A program made the position numbers and the translations under genes. The notes under the pieces are model-generated. The model was not told where the DNA came from and did no database searches. It was given only the letters and a program-made list of their open reading frames with translations. A stretch of 32,000 nucleotides of DNA from positions 5,103-37,102 of the forward strand of contig JAKQBZ010000189.1 in the NCBI GenBank assembly GCA_029559435.1. The letters run 5' to 3'. Shown here in pieces: positions 16,889-24,833 of the stretch (the first letter of the stretch is position 1; each line of letters begins with the position of its first letter). This DNA comes from Deltaproteobacteria bacterium (GTDB lineage Bacteria > Desulfobacterota > Syntrophorhabdia > Syntrophorhabdales > Syntrophorhabdaceae).

Positions 16889-18269
16889 ATACCATGAGCC
16901 GGCTCAATTCCTTAATGTCACTCGCTTTGTCCAGAGAGAAGACCGTCTGCATAATTCTGTCTATGCGCCCCGTCGTCATGTAGGGCGCGGCCATATCGGT
17001 AAATTTGGCTGCCAGCTCTTCATCGCTCATCGGGTTCTTGGGGTGCCCCTTTGCAAAATCGATCTGGCAAGAATACTTCCGCCCCTGCTTTGTCGCTATC
17101 TCTGATGTCCCTGCCGTGAGGAACAGGCGGTCAAGGCGGGGATCCCCTTCGAAAACAACCTTATCGGTCAGCTCGCGCACCCGCGGGTCGGAATATCTTT
17201 CGGGGCTGAATTGGGCAGGCCCCAGCTGCCGCTCCAGGATTGCCATTGCCGTGAGATAGTAGGAGCTGTGGTCGGCAGATTCCTTGTTGACGGGATATTT
17301 TTTTGCCGGGTCGCCTGTGTGGCGAGCGCAGCGAGTGCTTGCGGCGATCCGGACCGCCGCCACGTCCTCGGGCCTTATATCGTTCTCTTTTACCAGCTGA
17401 AGGGTTGCCGACAGGTGCCCCTGGGCCGAGTAATCAGAGATTATCGACTTGATGCATGCCTCCATTACCGTGTACCGCCGCCCTGGATCCACAAGCCTGA
17501 GCGGTTCATACTCTCCTGAGAGGACCGTTGCAATAAAGCCGTCGTGCCCCTCAAAAATATTTTCAGGGCCCGTGAACCCCTGGCGGGCCATCATTGCGGC
17601 CAGAATGCCCCCATACGCCATTGCCGGGAAGCGCAGGTTCTTGGTCATGGTATATTCCTCTCCCGAGGCGTCGAGAATGCCCAGCACCGCATGCGTGCTG
17701 CCGGATATCCCCGCTGCGTTCACCACCTGCCCTGCGTCAAGCCCCAGGATGCGGCCTGCCACAAAAGGCATGATATAGGCGCCCCTTGTGTCCCCGTTCC
17801 AGCCTCGCTGCTCCATCTCCCGCCCAACGATCCCCTCCAGGAAACGGTTTGAAAGATCATAGCCCAGAACGATCGCCGCAATCGTTTCGAGCCCTGAAAG
17901 TCCCTGCCTTTCTGCCAGGGCCAGAATGGGCGGGATGACCTCGCTCGGATGATATCCGACGCGGAAGCTGCCTTCTGCCTCTATAACAACCGCGTCGTTA
18001 TAATCGAGGTACCTCGTCATTACGCCATTTGCCAATGTCGCATTAAGGCAGGACGTTTTCACGCCGCTGCCCACAATTGTTGCTTCCTGCGGGCCGGCCA
18101 GCTCGGCGATCAATTTGTGAAGCGACCTGTTCGCATCGCTTGCATAGCCGCCGATAGCGCACCCCAGGGTATCCAATATCAAGCGCTCTGCTTGATGAAT
18201 AACATGAGGAGGAATGTCCCGGGCATCGAAGCTTAGGACCTCCTCAGAAAGCTGTCTTGACAAGCTCAT
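16872..18269 (-). CDS. MmgE/PrpD-family protein, paralog 3
   Basis: 465 aa with ILDTLGCAIGG, ANGVMTRYLDYNDA, ESADHSSYYLTAMAILE and AKGHPKNPMSDEEL. Its 3' end overlaps the start of paralog 2 by 17 nt. Confidence 0.85.
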   Translation of the reverse strand: MSLSRQLSEEVLSFDARDIPPHVIHQAERLILDTLGCAIGGYASDANRSLHKLIAELAGPQEATIVGSGVKTSCLNATLANGVMTRYLDYNDAVVIEAEGSFRVGYHPSEVIPPILALAERQGLSGLETIAAIVLGYDLSNRFLEGIVGREMEQRGWNGDTRGAYIMPFVAGRILGLDAGQVVNAAGISGSTHAVLGILDASGEEYTMTKNLRFPAMAYGGILAAMMARQGFTGPENIFEGHDGFIATVLSGEYEPLRLVDPGRRYTVMEACIKSIISDYSAQGHLSATLQLVKENDIRPEDVAAVRIAASTRCARHTGDPAKKYPVNKESADHSSYYLTAMAILERQLGPAQFSPERYSDPRVRELTDKVVFEGDPRLDRLFLTAGTSEIATKQGRKYSCQIDFAKGHPKNPMSDEELAAKFTDMAAPYMTTGRIDRIMQTVFSLDKASDIKELSRLMVFEKQG

Positions 18270-18454
18270 TTTTTCACTCCTTCTATCAGGTATTTCCTCG
18301 CCTTAAGCTTAGGCACAAGCTGCGCGCCGGCACGGCCTGGTCATTTTCTCCCGGAATGCCATACCCTTGCATGTCCTTTATCCACCTTTGGCCCCCTTGC
18401 GTCTTTCCCGTGGTCGCCGATATGAGTTAAATATATTGAATAATATATCAAATG

Positions 18455-18483
18455 AAAATACTAGACGGGAGAAAGCTTGTCAA
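18455..18483 (-). promoter_or_regulatory. Putative sigma70 promoter of the PrpD/LeuCDB operon
   Basis: On the minus strand: TTGACA (18483-18478), a 17-nt spacer, then TATTTT (18460-18455). This would give a leader of about 180 nt before ATG 18269. Confidence 0.4.
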
Positions 18484-18754
18484 GGAATATTTTGTACGGC
18501 TGATTACGGCCATTGCTTTAATACGGCAACGTAAATGTGTTTTTATTAAACGCGCCCCCCTCGATTCTCCATGAACACTTCCAATTGCAAAGCGCCGTAA
18601 GCGGCGCTTGCGGATTAGCGTCGATTCACAAAAACAACTTTCTTGTTTGCCGGCTCGGGCGCATTATGCCTCATCGTGCGGCCGCTCATCCCCGTCTCCG
18701 GGCAGGTCCATTAATAAAATATATCTAAAAATATATTAATAACCGCAAAAAAAC

Positions 18755-18783
18755 TTGACAGGCTCGAACGATACGTGTATGTA
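18755..18783 (+). promoter_or_regulatory. Putative sigma70 promoter of dctPQM
   Basis: TTGACA (18755-18760), a 17-nt spacer, then TATGTA (18778-18783). AGGAGGG RBS at 18818-18824 precedes ATG 18833. Confidence 0.4.
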
Positions 18784-18832
18784 TAGACAATACAGAATTT
18801 TAAGAAATTAATACGAAAGGAGGGTTCTTTCC

Positions 18833-19864
18833 ATGAAAAAAATGATGAGGTGTCTTGCAATAGGCCTGTTTGCAGCCGTCTGGCTAATGTACGGCATTCC
18901 AGCCAGCGGGGCTGAGCAAACTTACAAGATACGCCTGACCTTATACTGGCCCCCTTCACATCACCTGGTAAAGACCGCCAACTTTTTCTCTGACCGCGTG
19001 AAGGAACACACCCAGGGCAGGGTCGTCGTAGAAGTCTATCCGTCAGGCCAGCTGTATTCCCAGGCAGAGTCGTTAAAGGCGGTCTCCATGGGCAGCATAG
19101 AGATGTCTGACGAGTTTATGGGGAAGGCCGAGACCATCGATCCCCTGTGGGGCGTGGTCCAGACGAACATGTTCGTTTTGACCGACTACCAGATGCTCTG
19201 GAGATACTTTGATCACCCCAAGTTCCGCGAAATAATCGGGGGCCTGTATATCAACAAGATGAAGGTCAAGCCTCTTTTTATCGTTGCCAGCGGGAGCTAC
19301 ATGATGCTGACAAACTCCAAAAACCCGATCAGCAAGCCGGCCGATCTTAGTAAAAAGCTGATCCGCGTGCCTTCAAAGTCCATTATGGAGATGATCAACC
19401 TTTGGGGCGGCAAGGGCGTGATCATGAGCTCGGGTGAGCAGATCATGGCAATGCAGGTGGGCACGGTGGATGGATCATGGACGAGCCTTGGGGATGGCGT
19501 CTCCCGCCAGATCTGGGACGTACAGAAGTACGCGATGCTCTTTCAATCCTGCGTCACCCACCCCTTCGTTATCAACATGAGGTTCTTCAACAGCCTGCCC
19601 CAGGACCTCCAAAAGGGAATAGAGAAGGCCGCGCAGGAAACCCAGGACCACGGGAGGAAGGAGCTGGAGAAGATAGAGGCGGAACAGGTAAAGGTCCTGA
19701 AGTCCAAAATGACCGTACACGCCTTAACTGCCAAAGAAACGGAGGCATGGGCACAGACGATCCAGCCTTTGATCGACAAGTGGGTGAAGGCAACGGGGGA
19801 AAAAGGGAAGGCGTTGCGGGATATAATGGTGCAGGTGAGAAAGGATGTCCTGGTCGGGAAATGA
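18833..19864 (+). CDS. dctP: TRAP transporter substrate-binding protein (DctP family)
   Basis: 343 aa with signal peptide MKKMMRCLAIGLFAAVWLMYGIPASGA. DctP-like motifs include VEVYPSGQLYSQAESLKAVSMGSIEMS. Confidence 0.9.
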   Translation: MKKMMRCLAIGLFAAVWLMYGIPASGAEQTYKIRLTLYWPPSHHLVKTANFFSDRVKEHTQGRVVVEVYPSGQLYSQAESLKAVSMGSIEMSDEFMGKAETIDPLWGVVQTNMFVLTDYQMLWRYFDHPKFREIIGGLYINKMKVKPLFIVASGSYMMLTNSKNPISKPADLSKKLIRVPSKSIMEMINLWGGKGVIMSSGEQIMAMQVGTVDGSWTSLGDGVSRQIWDVQKYAMLFQSCVTHPFVINMRFFNSLPQDLQKGIEKAAQETQDHGRKELEKIEAEQVKVLKSKMTVHALTAKETEAWAQTIQPLIDKWVKATGEKGKALRDIMVQVRKDVLVGK

Positions 19865-19878
19865 TCCCGCGTGGATGA

Positions 19879-19917
19879 GCATTTAGTTCCGGAACGCTAT
19901 GCTCCGGAACTAAATGC
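19879..19917 (+). promoter_or_regulatory. Perfect 15-bp stem-loop between dctP and dctQ
   Basis: GCATTTAGTTCCGGA (19879-19893) pairs perfectly with TCCGGAACTAAATGC (19903-19917) around a 9-nt loop. It starts 15 nt after the dctP stop. Confidence 0.65.
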
Positions 19918-19948
19918 CTTATAGCGACTTTTGCTGAGGGGTGCGCAC

Positions 19949-20470
19949 ATGAGATCTGATAGCGCCTTGTTTATCCTGATGGACCGGCTGAGCGCCCTGG
20001 GGGCTGCGGCCGCCTCCCTGGGCTACGCTATGATGGCCGCGGGAGTATTTGTGTCCGTTATCTTCCGGTATGTTTTTGTCAGCCCCATGGGGTGGACCGA
20101 TGAAGTAACGCGATTCCTGCTGGTCTGGTGCGTCATGCTCGGCATGGCATATACGCTGCAGCAGGGACGCCACATCAGGGTAACGACTTTGGTCAGGAAC
20201 TTTTCTCCGAGGGTCCAGAGGGCATTAGAATTTATCGGCGACCTGATCGCATTGGCCGTATTGTGCGTTTTCGTTTTTAAGAGCTACCAATTTTCGGCTT
20301 TTACGAAAGATATTGGAGAGGTTTCGCAGGGGTCCCTGGCCATCCCGCTCTGGTGTGCCAATTTGGCCCTCCCGATCGGAGGGTGCCTGTTCGTGCTGCA
20401 GTATCTTGTGAAGGTATTGAGGACCCTCATGGGTGTCAGCAGGGAAAACGAGGACCGTGCACATCATTAG
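19949..20470 (+). CDS. dctQ: TRAP transporter small permease (DctQ family)
   Basis: ATG 19949 is preceded by GAGGGG (19937-19942); the track start at 19931 is a TTG. Four hydrophobic helices and a typical DctQ size of about 173 aa. Confidence 0.85.
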   Translation: MRSDSALFILMDRLSALGAAAASLGYAMMAAGVFVSVIFRYVFVSPMGWTDEVTRFLLVWCVMLGMAYTLQQGRHIRVTTLVRNFSPRVQRALEFIGDLIALAVLCVFVFKSYQFSAFTKDIGEVSQGSLAIPLWCANLALPIGGCLFVLQYLVKVLRTLMGVSRENEDRAHH

Positions 20471-20512
20471 CGCTGCGAAACTGTAAATTTTATTGTCGAG
20501 GAGACAGACAGC

Positions 20513-21784
20513 ATGACGGAAGGTATCTGGGTTTTCCCGTTGCTCCTTGTTCTTTTATTGTTCGGTCTTCCTATTGGCATCGCGCTCTTTACGTCCGCCC
20601 TCTTAGCTTTGTTGGTCAACAACTTTGACGTCATGAACATGGCCCACACCATGTACCAGACGTTGGATAGCTTCCTTCTGTCCTCTCTTCCGCTCTTTAT
20701 GCTTATGGCGAACATCCTCTTCCGCGCGAATATCGGAGAAGACCTTTTCGAGCTCCTGAACGTCTTCCTTCGAAGGATACGGGGCGGCCTGTCGCTTTCA
20801 GCCCTTGCGGCCTGCGGCCTGTTTGCTGCGATATCCGGATCCAGCGCGGCGACGGTTCTGACGATCGGCATTGTTGCGATCCCCGCCATGTTGTCCCGTG
20901 GATATGACAGAAAATTGGTGTTCGGGGCCTTGGGGTCGGGAGGATTGCTGGGCGTATTGATCCCTCCGAGCGGGTGGATGATCATCTATGGCGACATCGC
21001 AGAGGTCTCGGTGGGAAAATTGTTCCTTGCAGGGGTGATCCCGGGCCTGATACTTCTGGGGATCTTTCTGATCGTTGCCTATATTCAGTCCATAAGGACC
21101 CGTATGCAACCCATGGAGCCCGCCACCTGGCCTGAAAAAAAGGCAGCCCTGCGACGGGCCTTTCCGGCGATCTGGCTGCCGCCCATCATACTTGGCGGCA
21201 TTTATTCCGGCATCTTCACGCCAACGGAATCCGCCGCCGTCGGCTGCGTGTATGCCGCCGCCATCTCGGTAAGGCGGCTGAAGATAAAAGATTTCTGGCC
21301 CATATTCAAAGACACCGTCGTTGCAACGTCCATGCTCTTTCTCGTGATCAAGACAGCGGTGGTCTTTGGCTCATCGCTGACCATGATGCAGATCCCTCAA
21401 AAGCTGGCTGCGATCGTTGTACAGGCGGGCCTGACGCCTATCCCGTTCATCATTGTGATGTCCCTGGTCTATTTTGTCCTTGGATTGTTTGTTGACGGGA
21501 TATGCATGCTGCTTTTGACCCTCCCTATTATCCTGCCCATTCTCGGCGCTTTGAACATAGACCTCATATGGTTCTGCATCATCGTGGTGGTCAACATGGA
21601 GATCGGGTGCATCAGCCCGCCCTTCGGCGTCAACCTCTTCGTCCTGATGGGCATCGTGAAAGACGCCGAGCTGCCCGAGATCCTGCACGGGCTGCTGCCG
21701 TTCTTCCTCGGCCTGGTAGCTTTCCTGATCATTGTTATCAGCTTCCCGGCCCTGTCAACCTGGCTGCCTGCCTTTCTAAAGTAG
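20513..21784 (+). CDS. dctM: TRAP transporter large permease (DctM family)
   Basis: 423 aa, polytopic, with DctM-like segments (LSALAACGLFAAISGSSAATVLTIG and ISPPFGVNLFV). Confidence 0.9.
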   Translation: MTEGIWVFPLLLVLLLFGLPIGIALFTSALLALLVNNFDVMNMAHTMYQTLDSFLLSSLPLFMLMANILFRANIGEDLFELLNVFLRRIRGGLSLSALAACGLFAAISGSSAATVLTIGIVAIPAMLSRGYDRKLVFGALGSGGLLGVLIPPSGWMIIYGDIAEVSVGKLFLAGVIPGLILLGIFLIVAYIQSIRTRMQPMEPATWPEKKAALRRAFPAIWLPPIILGGIYSGIFTPTESAAVGCVYAAAISVRRLKIKDFWPIFKDTVVATSMLFLVIKTAVVFGSSLTMMQIPQKLAAIVVQAGLTPIPFIIVMSLVYFVLGLFVDGICMLLLTLPIILPILGALNIDLIWFCIIVVVNMEIGCISPPFGVNLFVLMGIVKDAELPEILHGLLPFFLGLVAFLIIVISFPALSTWLPAFLK

Positions 21785-21789
21785 CGCCT

Positions 21790-22088
21790 TGCAGCGCGGC
21801 GGCCCGCTGATCAAGCCCGCCCCTAAGAAGCGGATCAACTGCAGGCAGTTCAGCCCTATCACGCCCTGGCAAAGGATGGCCACGGTGTCGCCTATCGAGA
21901 TGCCGGCTGCCGCCACGTGCACGAACGTGGCGAAAAGGGGCTCCAAAGCAGAGAGCGCATTCCCCGCAGGGTATCATTCTCCCCCGGAAAACCCTGTCTC
22001 CCGCCTTAAGGCCGTTGACGCCCGCGCCCGCCATAAGGCCTTGAAGGTATGCCCGGTGGGCCTCGAGGCTCTGCAGGGGCGGCCGCAA
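21790..22088 (-). pseudogene. Degraded remnant of a Zn-dependent alcohol/threonine dehydrogenase (MDR family)
   Basis: One minus-strand frame gives ...AHRAYLQGLMAGAGVNGLKAGDRVFRGRMIPCGECALC (the GHE..G.V..G..V..GDRV...PCG.C..C pattern). A second minus frame further 3' gives GISIGDTVAILCQGVIGLNCLQLIRFLGAGLISG (a Rossmann GxGxxG region). The frames differ, about 50 residues between the motifs are missing, and the sequence ends at the dctM stop. Confidence 0.5.
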
Positions 22089-22194
22089 TCCACGGTTTTA
22101 TCGCTCAACGGCCTTCAGGCCTAAGCAGGGCATAATGATATATCATAATTACGGCCCGCTGTTCCCCCCGGCAAACAGGAAGGAAGCGAAAAAA

Positions 22195-22224
22195 GCATGC
22201 GCGGTACAGCGTGGCCGCGCATGC
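22195..22224. other. Perfect 10-bp GC-rich inverted repeat (hairpin) upstream of the glnA promoter
   Basis: GCATGCGCGG (22195-22204) pairs with CCGCGCATGC (22215-22224) around a 10-nt loop. Confidence 0.55.
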
Positions 22225-22254
22225 AGGGCGCTTTGTCGGTAGGCCATGAAAACA

Positions 22255-22283
22255 TTGACTTTAAAGGGATATGCGTTCATAAT
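22255..22283 (+). promoter_or_regulatory. Putative sigma70 promoter of glnA
   Basis: TTGACT (22255-22260), a 17-nt spacer, then CATAAT (22278-22283), 43 nt upstream of the start codon. Confidence 0.45.
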
Positions 22284-22325
22284 GGAATTGTTTGAAAAAT
22301 ATATTTTTTAAAAGGGGGCGATGGC

Positions 22326-23651
22326 TTGACAAATGCACAGGTCGTCAAATTGGCTCACGATAAGAAGGTAAAATTCATAAAGTTATGGTTTACCGATATA
22401 CTTGGTTTCGCGAAGAGCTTTACCATTACCATTAACGAGCTCGAAAACGCCCTTAACGAGGGCATGGGCTTCGACGGTTCTTCGATCCAGGGGTTTGCCA
22501 GGATAGACGAGAGCGACATGATCGCGATGCCCGACACGTCAACCTTTGCAATACTTCCATACAGGCCAAAGGACAGCGCCGTTGTAGCGAGGATGTTCTG
22601 CGACATACATGAACCCAACGGTGTGCACTATAAGGGCGACCCACGATATGTGCTGAAGCGGAACCTGAAGGTCGCAGAGGAAATGGGCTTCGATACCTTT
22701 TATGTGGGCCCGGAGCTGGAGTATTTCTACTTCAAGTCCGACAAAGAACCTGAGACCCTTGACCTGGGAGGATATTTCGACATCACAACGCTGGACGAGG
22801 CGACGGACTTAAGGCGGGACACCATACTGACGCTCGGAGAGATGGGGATAACGGTAGAATACAGCCACCACGAAGTTGCCCCGTCACAACACGAGATCGA
22901 CCTCCGCTATGCCGAAGCCCTGAAAATGGCCGACAACACGATCACCTACCGGATCGTGGTCAAAGAGGTGGCGAGAAAATATGGCGTGTACGCGACGTTT
23001 ATGCCCAAACCGATATTCGGGGAAAACGGAAGCGGAATGCACGTTCATCAGTCCCTTTTTAAAGGAAAGAAAAATGCATTTTTCGACGCCAAAGACAAAT
23101 ATTTTCTCTCTGACGTTGCCAAATGGTACATAGCAGGCCTTCTTAAACACTCGAAGGAGATCACCCTCGTAACGAGCCAGTGGGTAAATTCATACAAAAG
23201 GCTTGTTCCGGGCTATGAGGCGCCGGTGTATATCTCATGGGCACAGCGCAACCGGTCGACCCTTGTCCGGGTCCCCCAATACAAGCCCGGCAAGGAAAAG
23301 GCCACGAGGGCGGAATACCGGAGCCCCGACCCTGCGTGCAACCCCTATCTCGCATTTTCCTGCATGTTGCGGGCAGGGCTCGAAGGGATCAAAAACAAAT
23401 ACTCCTTGCCAAGCCCGATCGAGGAAGACGTGTATGAGATGTCGCAGGAAAGAAGAAAGGCGTTGAAGATCGAATCGCTGCCGGGAAGCCTCTACGAGGC
23501 CATAGAGGCTGCCGAAAATAGCAGGCTCATACGGGATGCCCTCGGGGACCACGTCTTTGAGAAGCTTATAGAAAACAAAAAGATCGAATGGGACAGGTTT
23601 AGAACGCATGTTTCAAGGTACGAGGTAGAGACATATCTTCCCATACTATAA
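22326..23651 (+). CDS. glnA: Glutamine synthetase, type I
   Basis: 441 aa with FTDILGFAKSF, GFDGSSIQGF, HHEVAPSQHEIDLRY, NGSGMHVHQSL and the SWAQRNRSTLVRVP motifs. TTG start at 22326 follows AAGGGGG (22312-22318). Confidence 0.93.
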   Translation: MTNAQVVKLAHDKKVKFIKLWFTDILGFAKSFTITINELENALNEGMGFDGSSIQGFARIDESDMIAMPDTSTFAILPYRPKDSAVVARMFCDIHEPNGVHYKGDPRYVLKRNLKVAEEMGFDTFYVGPELEYFYFKSDKEPETLDLGGYFDITTLDEATDLRRDTILTLGEMGITVEYSHHEVAPSQHEIDLRYAEALKMADNTITYRIVVKEVARKYGVYATFMPKPIFGENGSGMHVHQSLFKGKKNAFFDAKDKYFLSDVAKWYIAGLLKHSKEITLVTSQWVNSYKRLVPGYEAPVYISWAQRNRSTLVRVPQYKPGKEKATRAEYRSPDPACNPYLAFSCMLRAGLEGIKNKYSLPSPIEEDVYEMSQERRKALKIESLPGSLYEAIEAAENSRLIRDALGDHVFEKLIENKKIEWDRFRTHVSRYEVETYLPIL

Positions 23652-23750
23652 AACAGGAAGGGCACGGGTGGGGCGGAGCGAAGGGCCGCTTCCCGGGAGA
23701 GCGGCGCTTACGTTCATGCGTAAAAATATGCTGATTGTGAGGAAATAACG

Positions 23751-24089
23751 ATGATAGTGAGAAACTTTAACGACCCAGAGGTACTGCAGACAACCTACAT
23801 AGCCCATCGCGGCGCCGTGGCAAGAATGGTTATGACGAGCGAATTCCTTCAAGGCATTGAATTTCTCGCTTATGCGATTCTTCCGCCGGGCAATACTATT
23901 GAGGAGCACATAGACCCCCTTGAGGAGATATACCTGATCTTCAAAGGGGGAGGGATCATGCAGGTGGGAAAAGAAGAAAGAGAGGTAAAAGAAGGCGACG
24001 CCGTTTGGATCCCTGTTGGCGAACCTCACAGCCTGCGGAATACGAAAGACGAAGAAACCTTCGTGCTTGTGATCGCTGCGTACACTTAG
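23751..24089 (+). CDS. Cupin-domain protein
   Basis: 112 aa with the two-motif cupin pattern PPGNTIEEHIDPLEEIYLIFKG ... GDAVWIPVGEPHSLRN. Confidence 0.8.
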   Translation: MIVRNFNDPEVLQTTYIAHRGAVARMVMTSEFLQGIEFLAYAILPPGNTIEEHIDPLEEIYLIFKGGGIMQVGKEEREVKEGDAVWIPVGEPHSLRNTKDEETFVLVIAAYT

Positions 24090-24126
24090 AGGCAGGAACA
24101 GGCAAGCTCCCTAACTGAGGTACCCC

Positions 24127-24813
24127 TTGAATATTAAACCGGGAAAGCACATTGCCATTACAGTAGACATGGATCCCTTACGAGAGACTATCGACGTAAA
24201 AAGCTCCACGGTCCATGATATTGTTGACGGAAAGATCATAGCGGCGCAAACAGACCCCCCTCTTCTGAAAAGCTACCTGAACAAGAGCATCTACATAACC
24301 TACCTTGAGAAAGAGGCGGGAAAACCGGTGCGGTATGGTTTCCCGGCAACGGTGCTGGAGTTCATAAAAGATTACAGGCTGACCTCTTCGGAGGTGGCAC
24401 CGGCGATAGCCCTCATGCAGGAAGCAGAGATCGAACAATGTAACCTGAGGATGTTTTACCGCTTGGAGCCGCCGAGCAACAGCGGGCTTGATATCTACAT
24501 TGGAGGGGAAAAGGTCAGCATAATTGATATCTCCATTGGTGGCGCGAACTTCAGCCACAGCAGAAGCAGCCCTTTCCATGCCAACGAGACCGTAAAGCTT
24601 GTCCTGAGCATCGGCGGCGCAGAAACGAAGATCGATGCCCAGGTGTTGAGAGTAAGGGAGCCTGAGAACGACAGGCTGAAAAAAAGCATTGAGCTCGTAT
24701 CGGTATATTTTATCAATATGCCCGGAAGCACAAAGAACGCACTGAGCAGAAAGATAAGAGACATCGAGCGGGCAATGCGGTTCGAGAACAAGTTCTATAA
24801 GAACAGCAGATAG
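24127..24813 (+). CDS. PilZ domain-containing protein (putative c-di-GMP receptor)
   Basis: The C-terminal half has RMFYR (RxxxR) followed by IIDISIGGANF (DxSxxG). TTG 24127 follows GAGG (24116-24119); ATG 24169 is an alternative start. Confidence 0.72.
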   Translation: MNIKPGKHIAITVDMDPLRETIDVKSSTVHDIVDGKIIAAQTDPPLLKSYLNKSIYITYLEKEAGKPVRYGFPATVLEFIKDYRLTSSEVAPAIALMQEAEIEQCNLRMFYRLEPPSNSGLDIYIGGEKVSIIDISIGGANFSHSRSSPFHANETVKLVLSIGGAETKIDAQVLRVREPENDRLKKSIELVSVYFINMPGSTKNALSRKIRDIERAMRFENKFYKNSR

Positions 24814-24833
24814 CATATCGTATATAGTAACTG

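Noticed and set aside
18537-18728. A 63-aa ORF (plus the overlapping 18711..18959 minus ORF) in the PrpD/TRAP divergent region, considered as a hidden regulator.
   Set aside because: It has no RBS, no helix-turn-helix-like sequence and an odd composition. It spans the hairpin and the AT-rich boxes, so it is more likely non-coding.
22209-22224. Possible sigma54 (-24/-12) promoter TGGCCGCGCATGC upstream of glnA.
   Set aside because: The GG-to-GC spacing is 10 nt rather than the canonical 12 in the TGGCAC-N5-TTGC frame. The sequence is also part of the hairpin arm.
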